Source: Cupriavidus necator (lineage in GTDB: Bacteria > Pseudomonadota > Gammaproteobacteria > Burkholderiales > Burkholderiaceae). From it: a stretch of 32,000 bases of DNA. The translations under genes and the position numbers were made by a program. The DNA is taken from contig NZ_CP066018.1 in assembly GCF_016127575.1 (NCBI RefSeq), positions 2,940,001-2,972,000 of the forward strand. Reading direction: 5' to 3'. Shown here in pieces: positions 18,299 through 26,371 of the stretch. The notes under the pieces were generated by a model, which worked only from the letters and a program-made list of their open reading frames with translations, was not told where the DNA came from and made no database searches. The stretch's first letter is position 1; each line of letters begins with the position of its first letter.

Positions 18299-18625
18299 TT
18301 ACAGGTTGCCGTCGAGGAAGGCGGTCAGTTGCGACTTGGACAGCGCGCCGACCTTCTGGGCCGCGACCGCGCCGTTCTTGAACAGGATCAGCGTCGGGAT
18401 GCCGCGGATGCCGAACTTGGCCGGCACCTGCTGGTTTTCATCGACATTGATCTTGGCGATCTGCAGCTTGTCGCCATAGTCCTTGGCGACTTCGTCCAGG
18501 ATCGGCGCGATCATCTTGCAGGGGCCGCACCATTCCGCCCAGAAGTCGAGCAGGACGGGTTTGTCGGACTGGAGGACGTCAGCATCGAAGGAGGCGTCGC
18601 TCACATACTTGATTTGTTCGCTCAT
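18299..18625 (-). CDS. trxA: thioredoxin 1
   Basis: Track ORF of 108 aa. The WCGPC active site is present, and the sequence is colinear with E. coli TrxA. Confidence 0.95.
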   Translation of the reverse strand: MSEQIKYVSDASFDADVLQSDKPVLLDFWAEWCGPCKMIAPILDEVAKDYGDKLQIAKINVDENQQVPAKFGIRGIPTLILFKNGAVAAQKVGALSKSQLTAFLDGNL

Positions 18626-19068
18626 GGCGGAAAACCTCTGGTTTCGCTCTGTTTATGTTGAAGGCTGGAGACTTCGGAGGGCCGAACCGTTACCTTACAC
18701 GAGATTGCGCGGACCCGTCGGGCTGCCTCCGCAGCCCGCAAACAGGCTGTGGGGGCCGCTGCCGCGCCCGGTGCTGCCGATATGTTACCAGTTTGCCGAT
18801 TTTCAAGACCGGCCTGGCAAACACTCGAAAGCGCGCCGGCACGGAAATGATTCTGCTGCAATCGGAGGATTCATTGAAATGCTTATTTTCTATGGCGCCG
18901 AGAGATTCGGGTAATCGCTTGCGGCGTGCGGGAGGGTGTGTCATAGAATGCACTTGTGCGCGCCGCGCGGTGCCGATTGAGTGTGGCGTGCGCGTAGAAT
19001 AGAAAGCGGTCCGCAGGCGGCGCCAGCGGACCAATCTTGCATCCTGCGCCACTGACTAGGTCATCGAC

Positions 19069-19341
19069 ATGAACACCGATCCCCGCAAGCCTTCGCAGCC
19101 CGAGCCCGGCCAGGCGCCGGACGTGGACCACCTGAGCGATGCGCTGGACCATATCAGCAGCGCCGTGGAGACCAACAGCATCGCCAGCGGTGCCGCACGC
19201 GGCCTGGTCTACAGCATCATCGAGACCCTCGGTACCCTGGTGGGCGACCCGGACCTGCCCGAGCATGCGCGCTCCGGCTATGAGGGCCTGCTCGAGACCG
19301 CGCGCGAAATCCGCGCCCGGCTGGAAGGCGGTTCGGACTGA
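19069..19341 (+). CDS. hypothetical small acidic protein (90 aa)
   Basis: Track ORF. GC3 bias is very strong, with almost every codon ending in G or C. The Shine-Dalgarno is weak or absent. I recognise no motif. Confidence 0.55.
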   Translation: MNTDPRKPSQPEPGQAPDVDHLSDALDHISSAVETNSIASGAARGLVYSIIETLGTLVGDPDLPEHARSGYEGLLETAREIRARLEGGSD

Positions 19342-19479
19342 GCCGGTTCCGCCTGCCCTGCATCACACTTGCCGCCAGCCGCCCAGGCCGGCGGCGCCCG
19401 TATTGTTTCCGTTGCATCCTGACGCTTTCGCCGACCGACGCAGTTCGCGCAGCCATTCCGGGCTGCGCCCCACGCGCCC

Positions 19480-22347
19480 ATGACGTCGCTACGTTTCCGC
19501 CCTGGCCCTGATTTCCTCGACCAGGCGGCCACCGCTGCCTGGTATTTCCTCGACCGCTGCGGCGCGCCGGAGGCGGGCGCGCACGTGGTCGTGCCCACCG
19601 CGGCGCAGATCCCGGGCGTGCGCCAGGCACTGGACGCCGCCGCGCGCGCGTCGGGCAGCCCGCGGCTGCTGCCGCGCGTGCTGACGCTGGGCCACTGGCT
19701 GCTCGACCTGCCGCCCGAGGGCGCCCCGGTGCGCAGCCCGGCCGCACGCCTGCTGGCCGTGCAGCAGGCGGTGCGCGGGCAGGATTGGCTGCGCCGCGCC
19801 TTCGGCGCCCAGAACGAGACCGCCGCATGGGGCCTGTCGCAGACGCTGCTGTCGATCTGCGACGAGCTTAACGCGCGCTGGCTCGAAGACGCCGCCATCC
19901 GCGACGATGACGAGATCGACGGCGACGATCGCGCCGGCCTGCTGCAGGGCGCGCTGGAACGGACCTATTCGCATCTGTCCGAGCGCTTCCTCGGCGAAGA
20001 GGCGCGCATCGTGCTGGCATTCTGGCAGGCGCTGTCCGGCCCGGACGATCCGCTGCCGGCGCGGCGCCGCGCCTTGCGCGAGCTGTCGCAGCAGCTGCGC
20101 GGCCCGGTGATCTGGATTGCCCCGACCCCGCCCACGCCGCTTGAAGCCGCGTTCCTGCGCGATGCCGCCGAGCTGGTGCCGGTGCTGCAGGTCGGCTATG
20201 ACTGGACCGGGCAGGGCGGGAGCGATGCCGACTGGTACCAGACCCTGCTGGCGCTATGGCCGGAAGCAAGGATCGTCGATGATGCCGAAGCCGTCGCCCC
20301 CGCGCCGGCCATGCCTGCGCTGCCGCCGCAGCGTCCGTCGATCCGCGTGGTCGGCAGCGCGCGCTTCGAGGATGAAGCCGCCGCGGCAGCCGCGCAGCTG
20401 GTGCAGTGGCTCAATGAAGGCCGCCGCCAGGTGGCGCTGGTCGCGCACGACCGCGTGGTGGCGCGGCGCGCCCGTGCCCTGCTGGCGCGCGCCGGCGCAC
20501 CGGTGCGCGACGAGACCGGCTGGAAGCTTTCCACCACGCGCGCGGCCGCCGCGCTGATGCGCTGGTTCGACCTGTTGGTGCGCGACGGCGACACCGCCGC
20601 GCTGCTGGACCTGCTCAAGAGCCCGTTCTGCCTGCCGGAGGTTGCCGGGCGCGGCGCGGCCATCGCGCTGCTGGAGCGCCAGGTGCGGCGCGAGGGCATC
20701 ACCGGCGGCTGGGCGCGCCTGCGCCAGCTGTTCGGCCACGCACCGACCGCGGCGCAGCAAGCTGCCACGGAAGACGAGGGTGCCGCCGAAGCGCCGCGCC
20801 ACGCCGCGCACGCGCTCATCGCCGTGCTCGCCGACGAGGCGGCGCGCTGGCCGCGCGGCCTCGCGCAGCATCCGCTGGCAACCTGGCTGGAACGGCTCGA
20901 CGGCATGCTCGACGGCCTCGGCATGCGCGCAGCGCTGGCCGCGGACGATGCCGGCAGCCAGCTGCTCGATGCGCTGGCGCGGCTGCAGGAGTTGCCGCTG
21001 GACGAGACCGGCGGCCATGCCACGCTGTCGCAGGGCGAGTTCCGCGCGATGCTGTCGGCGCTGCTGGAATCGGTCGCCTACAAGGAGCCCTCGGCCAGCG
21101 GCCCGGCGCGCATCACCATCCTGCCGCTGAACGGCGCGCGCATGCGCCGCTTCGAGGGCGTGGTGATCGTTGGCTGCGATGACGCGCAACTGCCGTCCAG
21201 CGCCGCCGAGCTGATGTTCTTCTCCAACCAGATGCGGCGCGAGCTGGACCTGGAAGACCGCGAGGCCCGCTTTGCGCAACAGGCGCGCGACCTGGCCGAG
21301 GTGCTGCTGAACAACGACGACGTGGTGCTGACCTGGCAACGCTACGGCAGCCGCGGCGAGCCGCATCATGTGTCGGGCTGGATCGAGCGCCTGGCGGCGT
21401 GCTGCGCGCGCGCGGGCGTCAGCATCGAAGCCTCCGCCGCAGCACAGGCGCACGAGACCTTTGCCGATCCGCAGGGCATGCCGGCGCCGGCGGCGGAGCC
21501 CGCGCTGGTGCCGGTGCGCTGGAGCGCGCAGGCCTACAACATGCTGCGCCGCTGCCCCTACCAGTTCTTCGCCGGCCGCATGCTGGGCCTGGCCGGGTTG
21601 GAGACAGTCAGCGACGAGCTGGAGAAACGCGAGATCGGCGAACACCTGCACCACGTGCTGCTGCGCTACCACAAGGACCTGCAGGCGCGCCGCGAGCGTG
21701 GCGAGACGCTGGCGGAAGACCGGCGCCTGGCCCGCCTGGCCGAGATTTCCGAAGCCGTGTTCGGCGCGCTGATGGCCGAGGACGGCAATGCCATTGCCTA
21801 CTACCGGCGCTGGCGCGAGGTGATGCCGTCGTATGTCGCCTGGCAATCCGCGCGCGAGGCCGAGGGCTGGTTCTGGCGCGGCGGCGAGCTCGACGCCGGC
21901 ATCGACCTGCCGATGCCCGACGGCCAGCCGCTGCGCCTGACCGGGCGCATCGACCGGCTTGACCAGGGCCCGGGCGGGGCGCATGCCGTGCTCGACTACA
22001 AGACGCAGAGCGCCACCCGCCTCAAGCGCAAGCTGGCCGAGGTCGGGGAAGACTGCCAGCTGCCGTTCTACGGCCTGCTGCGCGCCGATGCGGCAGCGGG
22101 CAGCTGGGTATCGCTCGAAGGCGCGCGCGAGGGCGCAGCGGCGGCGCAGCGCGAAGTCGGCCTGCCCGATTTTGAAGCCGCCGTCATCTGGCTGGAACGG
22201 CAGATGCGCGACGACGTCATGCGCCTGCGCCAGGGTGCCAGGCTGCCGGCCTTCGGCGATGCCTCCGCCTGCCTGTATTGCACCGCCCGCGGCCTGTGCC
22301 GCAAGGGCTTCTGGGAATCCACCGCCGTGCCGGCGCTGACATCATGA
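19480..22347 (+). CDS. addB: AddB-type helicase-nuclease subunit: inactivated SF1 helicase-like N-terminal region plus a PD-(D/E)XK nuclease with Fe-S cysteines
   Basis: Track ORF of 955 aa with no Walker A (GxxGKT/S) anywhere. The C-terminal RecB-type nuclease has GRIDRLD and VLDYKTQ. The four-Cys pattern typical of the AddB 4Fe-4S cluster is present: RRCPYQFF ... CLYCTARGLC (C-x2-C-x5-C). The stop overlaps the addA start. Confidence 0.8.
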   Translation: MTSLRFRPGPDFLDQAATAAWYFLDRCGAPEAGAHVVVPTAAQIPGVRQALDAAARASGSPRLLPRVLTLGHWLLDLPPEGAPVRSPAARLLAVQQAVRGQDWLRRAFGAQNETAAWGLSQTLLSICDELNARWLEDAAIRDDDEIDGDDRAGLLQGALERTYSHLSERFLGEEARIVLAFWQALSGPDDPLPARRRALRELSQQLRGPVIWIAPTPPTPLEAAFLRDAAELVPVLQVGYDWTGQGGSDADWYQTLLALWPEARIVDDAEAVAPAPAMPALPPQRPSIRVVGSARFEDEAAAAAAQLVQWLNEGRRQVALVAHDRVVARRARALLARAGAPVRDETGWKLSTTRAAAALMRWFDLLVRDGDTAALLDLLKSPFCLPEVAGRGAAIALLERQVRREGITGGWARLRQLFGHAPTAAQQAATEDEGAAEAPRHAAHALIAVLADEAARWPRGLAQHPLATWLERLDGMLDGLGMRAALAADDAGSQLLDALARLQELPLDETGGHATLSQGEFRAMLSALLESVAYKEPSASGPARITILPLNGARMRRFEGVVIVGCDDAQLPSSAAELMFFSNQMRRELDLEDREARFAQQARDLAEVLLNNDDVVLTWQRYGSRGEPHHVSGWIERLAACCARAGVSIEASAAAQAHETFADPQGMPAPAAEPALVPVRWSAQAYNMLRRCPYQFFAGRMLGLAGLETVSDELEKREIGEHLHHVLLRYHKDLQARRERGETLAEDRRLARLAEISEAVFGALMAEDGNAIAYYRRWREVMPSYVAWQSAREAEGWFWRGGELDAGIDLPMPDGQPLRLTGRIDRLDQGPGGAHAVLDYKTQSATRLKRKLAEVGEDCQLPFYGLLRADAAAGSWVSLEGAREGAAAAQREVGLPDFEAAVIWLERQMRDDVMRLRQGARLPAFGDASACLYCTARGLCRKGFWESTAVPALTS

Positions 22348-25300
22348 CGCCCCACGATCCGCACCACGTCCAGCCTTACCAGCGCGACGGCGAGCCCGTT
22401 TCCGAGGCCGAGTTCACGCGCGCCGCCTGCGATCCCGCGCGCTCGGTGGTGGTAGAGGCCTGTGCCGGCAGCGGCAAGACCTGGCTGCTGGTGGCGCGGC
22501 TGGTGCGCCTGCTGCTGGCCGGCGCCGCGCCGCACGAGATCCTGGCCATCACCTTCACGCGCAAGGCCGCCGAAGAAATGCGCGACCGCCTGCTGGAGGT
22601 GCTGGCACAGATGTCGCGCGACAGCGATGAAGACGTGGTCGCAGCGCTGGTGCAGCGCGGCCTGACGCATGACGCCGCGCGCGAGGCGCTGCCGCGTGCG
22701 CGGCGCCTGCATGCGCAGGTGCTGGCCGCGCCCGGGCGCATGGCCATCGATACCTTCCACGGCTGGTTCGGCACGCTGCTGCGTGGCGCGCCGCTGGCCT
22801 CGGGCATCGTGCCGGGCGCGGCGCTGCGCGAAGATGCGCTGCGCATGAAACGCGAAGCTTGGGCCCCGGTCTGGCGCGCGCTGGCCACGGAGCAATACAC
22901 CGACTTGCGCGCCGCGTGGGAAACGCTGGTCGATACCGTGGGCGACTTCCAGGCACGCGCGCTGCTGGACGCGATGTTCCATGCCCGCAGCGAATGGTGG
23001 GCGATGCAGGAGGGCGGCGACCCGCTGCAGGCGCTGTCCGACTGCCTGGGCGAAGACGCCCGGGGCGACGTGCTGCTGCAGGCGCTGTCCGACGAAGGCT
23101 GGCGCGATGCCTGCGAGTCGCTGGCGCTGCGCCTGGGCGCGGCCGGCAAGACTGAGCAGACCCACGCCGCCCGCATCACCGATGCGCTGATGGCGATCAC
23201 CGCGTGGCGCGAAGCGGGCGCGGCGCCCGGCAAGCCCGCCGAACGGGCGTTCGCGCAGTTGCGCGCCGCGTTCTTCACCACCACCGGCGGCCCGCGTTCG
23301 CTGCGGCGCACCGCGGCGCTGGTCAAGGCCGCCGGCGGCGAAGGCATGGTCGATGCGTTGCTGGACGAGCATGCCTCGATCTGCGCCATGCTTGACGACA
23401 TCAGCGCGCGTTGTTGCGAAGCCGCGGTGCTGGCGATCAACCGCGCGCTGTTCTGCATCGGCGATGCCTTGCTGACGCGCTACCAGCGGCACAAGGACGA
23501 GCAGCGCGCGATGGACTTCGCCGACCTGGAATGGCAGGCCGCGCGCCTGATGTCGGACGAAGAGACCGCCACGTACCTGCAGGTGCGGCTGGACGCGCGT
23601 TACCGCCATCTGCTGCTCGACGAGTTCCAGGACACCAACCCGCTGCAGTGGCGCATCCTGCAGGGCTGGCTGGCCGGCTATGCGGGCCTGGGCGAGCGCC
23701 CGACGGTGTTCCTGGTGGGCGATCCCAAGCAGTCGATCTACCGCTTCCGGCGCGCCGATGCACGGCTGTTCGGCGCGGCCGGCGAGATGCTGCGCGATAC
23801 GTTCGGCGCCACCGTGCTGCGCACCAACCGCACCCGGCGCAACCGTGCCGAAGTGCTGGACTGGGTCAACGCCGTGTTCGACACCGCACGCGCCGAGGGC
23901 CGCTATCCGCTGTACGCGACCCAGACCACGGCACTGGCCGGAGGCAACGGGCCGGTCTGGCTGCTGCCGCTGGTGGAGCCCGAGGACAAGGCCGAAGACG
24001 CCGTTGACGATGGTGCAGAGGACAAGTCCGCCGAAGCCGCCTCCGCCCATCGCGACACGCTGCTGCAGCCACGCCGGCAGGCCGGCGATTCGCTGCGGCT
24101 GGAAGAGGGCCGGCGCGTGGCCGCGTGGCTGCGCCTGGTGCGCGACACCGTGCCGGTCCATGAGGGCGGCGAACAGCGCCCCGCGCGCTGGAGCGACATG
24201 CATCTGCTGGTGCGCCGCAAGACCCATCTGGCTGACTATGAGCGCGCGCTGCGCGAGGCCGGCATCCCGTGCCTGAGCCCGCGCCGCGGCGGCCTGCTGG
24301 CCACGCTCGAGGCGCTGGACCTGTCGGCGTTGCTGGCGTTCCTGATGACGCCGGAATCGGACCTGGATCTCGCGCACGTGCTGAAGAGCCCGCTGGTGGG
24401 AGCGTCAGACGACGACCTGCTGGCGCTGGCCCGGATCGAAGGCGAGGGCGGCTGGTGGGCACGCATCGAGTCAGGCGGCCTGCCCGAACACGTATCCGAT
24501 GCGCTGCGCGAAGGCGTGCAGCGCTTGCGCCAGTGGTTGCGCGTCGCGCCGCACCGGCCGGTGCATGACCTGATTGACCAGATCTTCCACGGCGGCGAAG
24601 TGCGGCGCCGTTATGCCGAGGCCGCGCCGCCGGATATCCGCGAACAGGTGCTGGCCAACCTCGACGCCTTCCTGAAGCTGTCGCTTGACCTCGACGGCGG
24701 GCGCTATCCGAGCCTGCCGAAATTTATCGACGAGCTGCAGGAAATCCGCCGCGGCGACGAGGGCGAAAGCCCCGATGAAGGCGGCATGGGCGAGAGCGCC
24801 GAAGACGTGGAGCCGGCCGAGGACGATTCGGCGTTTGCCGGCCTCGACGCGGTCCATATCCTGACCGTGCATGCGGCCAAGGGCCTGGAGGCGCCGTTCG
24901 TGGTGCTGCTCGATGCCAACCACAGTGAGCCGGCCGCGGACCGGGGCGGCATCCTGGTCGACTGGCCGCCGTCGTCGCCGGTGCCTCGGCATTTCTCGGC
25001 CTACGGCAAGCGCAGCGAGCGCGGGCTGGCGCGGGCGCCGTTGTTCGAGGCGGAGGCGGCGCTGGGCGAGCGCGAGAACTGGAACCTGCTGTACGTGGCC
25101 ATGACGCGCGCGCAGCAGGGCCTGCTGGTCAGCGGGGTCAAGGGCCGTGCCAGCCGCAGCGGTTCGGGCGAGGGCAATGCCGAGATCGCCGGCAGTTGGT
25201 ATGTGCGGCTGCAGGCCGCAGGCGTCGGCGAGATGGTGCCGGCCTATCCGGGCGAGCTGGCCGATGCGCAGGACCAGGCTCCGATGCCCGCGCGCCTGAG

Positions 25301-25946
25301 CGAGCCGGTGCGCTTTACCGACTTCCGGCTGCGCTATCGCGATGCGGTGGATGCGCGGCAGGGGATCGGGTTTGAAGAAGAGGGCGAGGCCGAAGACGAG
25401 CCCGACGGCATCGTCTTCAACGCTGCGGCCGCCCGCCACGGCGAGCTGGTGCATGCCTTGCTGGAACGCCTGACGCGCTATCCCGAAGCCTTTGCCGGCG
25501 TGCCGGGGATCGACACCGTATTGCGCTGGTTCCCGCTGACGGGCGCGCACACCGGGGCGGCACGGCAGGCGTGGCGGCAACAGGTGGCGCAAGCGCTGGA
25601 GGCGGTGGCTGCGATGCTGCGCGCGCCGGCACTGGCGCCGTTGCTGGGGGCGGGGGACGCCCGCAGCGCGCGCAATGAAGTCGAACTCTATGACGCGCGC
25701 GGCAGGCTGCTGCGTATCGACCGGCTGGTGGAGTTCGACGACCGCGTGGTGATCGTCGACTACAAGCTGCGGCTCCTGCCGCAGGAGCATGAAGCCTACC
25801 GCGCGCAGCTGGGCCGCTATGCGGCCGCGCTTGCGCCGATGTTCCCGGGCAAGCGTATCGAGGCCGGCGTGGCCACCGCGGACGGCGAATGGATTCCCGC
25901 CGAGCGTCTGGCGCCGCCGATGCCGCAGCAGGGCTCGCTGTTCTGA
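22344..25946 (+). CDS. addA: AddA-type UvrD/Rep-family helicase with a C-terminal PD-(D/E)XK nuclease
   Basis: In-frame part of track ORF 22278..25946. ATG 22344 forms an ATGA overlap with the addB stop. Walker A is ACAGSGKTWLL. Helicase motifs include LLLDEFQDTNP and VGDPKQSIYRFRRAD. The nuclease motifs are RIDRLV and VIVDYKL. Length is 1200 aa. Confidence 0.85.
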   Translation: MTPHDPHHVQPYQRDGEPVSEAEFTRAACDPARSVVVEACAGSGKTWLLVARLVRLLLAGAAPHEILAITFTRKAAEEMRDRLLEVLAQMSRDSDEDVVAALVQRGLTHDAAREALPRARRLHAQVLAAPGRMAIDTFHGWFGTLLRGAPLASGIVPGAALREDALRMKREAWAPVWRALATEQYTDLRAAWETLVDTVGDFQARALLDAMFHARSEWWAMQEGGDPLQALSDCLGEDARGDVLLQALSDEGWRDACESLALRLGAAGKTEQTHAARITDALMAITAWREAGAAPGKPAERAFAQLRAAFFTTTGGPRSLRRTAALVKAAGGEGMVDALLDEHASICAMLDDISARCCEAAVLAINRALFCIGDALLTRYQRHKDEQRAMDFADLEWQAARLMSDEETATYLQVRLDARYRHLLLDEFQDTNPLQWRILQGWLAGYAGLGERPTVFLVGDPKQSIYRFRRADARLFGAAGEMLRDTFGATVLRTNRTRRNRAEVLDWVNAVFDTARAEGRYPLYATQTTALAGGNGPVWLLPLVEPEDKAEDAVDDGAEDKSAEAASAHRDTLLQPRRQAGDSLRLEEGRRVAAWLRLVRDTVPVHEGGEQRPARWSDMHLLVRRKTHLADYERALREAGIPCLSPRRGGLLATLEALDLSALLAFLMTPESDLDLAHVLKSPLVGASDDDLLALARIEGEGGWWARIESGGLPEHVSDALREGVQRLRQWLRVAPHRPVHDLIDQIFHGGEVRRRYAEAAPPDIREQVLANLDAFLKLSLDLDGGRYPSLPKFIDELQEIRRGDEGESPDEGGMGESAEDVEPAEDDSAFAGLDAVHILTVHAAKGLEAPFVVLLDANHSEPAADRGGILVDWPPSSPVPRHFSAYGKRSERGLARAPLFEAEAALGERENWNLLYVAMTRAQQGLLVSGVKGRASRSGSGEGNAEIAGSWYVRLQAAGVGEMVPAYPGELADAQDQAPMPARLSEPVRFTDFRLRYRDAVDARQGIGFEEEGEAEDEPDGIVFNAAAARHGELVHALLERLTRYPEAFAGVPGIDTVLRWFPLTGAHTGAARQAWRQQVAQALEAVAAMLRAPALAPLLGAGDARSARNEVELYDARGRLLRIDRLVEFDDRVVIVDYKLRLLPQEHEAYRAQLGRYAAALAPMFPGKRIEAGVATADGEWIPAERLAPPMPQQGSLF

Positions 25947-25955
25947 CGGCTGGCG

Positions 25956-25976
25956 TGGCACCCGGACAGGGTGCCA
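25956..25976 (+). other. 8-bp perfect hairpin immediately after the addA stop, without a U tract
   Basis: TGGCACCC (25956-25963) pairs with GGGTGCCA (25969-25976), loop GGACA. No T-run follows. Confidence 0.3.
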
Positions 25977-26371
25977 GAATCGGCGCAAAATGGGATGTGC
26001 GGCGCGCGCGCTCGTGGCCCGGCTGTACTAAAGTGACAGGGACTGCGCTGCGAACGACTCGTGCGTGCGGAGATAGCGGGAGGGGTACGGCAGGAGGGGT
26101 GTGAGGTGGACGAGCCTGACCCTCGGCACTGGCGGAAAACGGCTGTGGCTGCTTCGTTCCCGACCTGACCAGGTTGACCGCGCCACCATGCGAGGAGGCC
26201 CGTCCGAGCGGCATTGTACCCCAGACCGCGATACCGCGGAGAAATTGCGTTGAATGCCCTTTGCAGTGGTGGGTCATTGCCCGCGGCAAATGCGTCGGCT
26301 TGATCTGGCGCAGGTAACGCGGGCCGCGGCGGCCCGACCATTCACCGACCCAGACCGTGGTGAGCCAATAC

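Noticed and set aside
25965-26060. Possible cobalamin riboswitch upstream of the B12-dependent nrdJ (GGTGCC, AAAATGGGAT, GGCCCGGCTGTA and GACAGGGACTGC resemble core and B12-box strings).
   Set aside because: The most conserved elements (AGGGAA, GGTGnnAAnCC, ACTGTAA, and an AGYCAGGAGACCTGCC-type B12 box) are each mismatched at several positions, and the spacing is atypical. Repressing a B12-dependent enzyme by B12 also makes little regulatory sense. It is left as a cmscan check, not a call.
26078-26109. The G-rich tract GGGAGGGGTACGGCAGGAGGGGTGTGAGGTGG as a G-quadruplex.
   Set aside because: Only three runs of three or more G are present. A canonical four-tract G4 cannot form without using GG runs. 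It is noted only as a purine-rich segment.
25947-26371. NrdR operator boxes (paired 16-bp AT-cored palindromes) expected in front of RNR genes.
   Set aside because: No acaCwAtATaTwGtgt-like sequence is visible, and the region contains no ATAT core at all.
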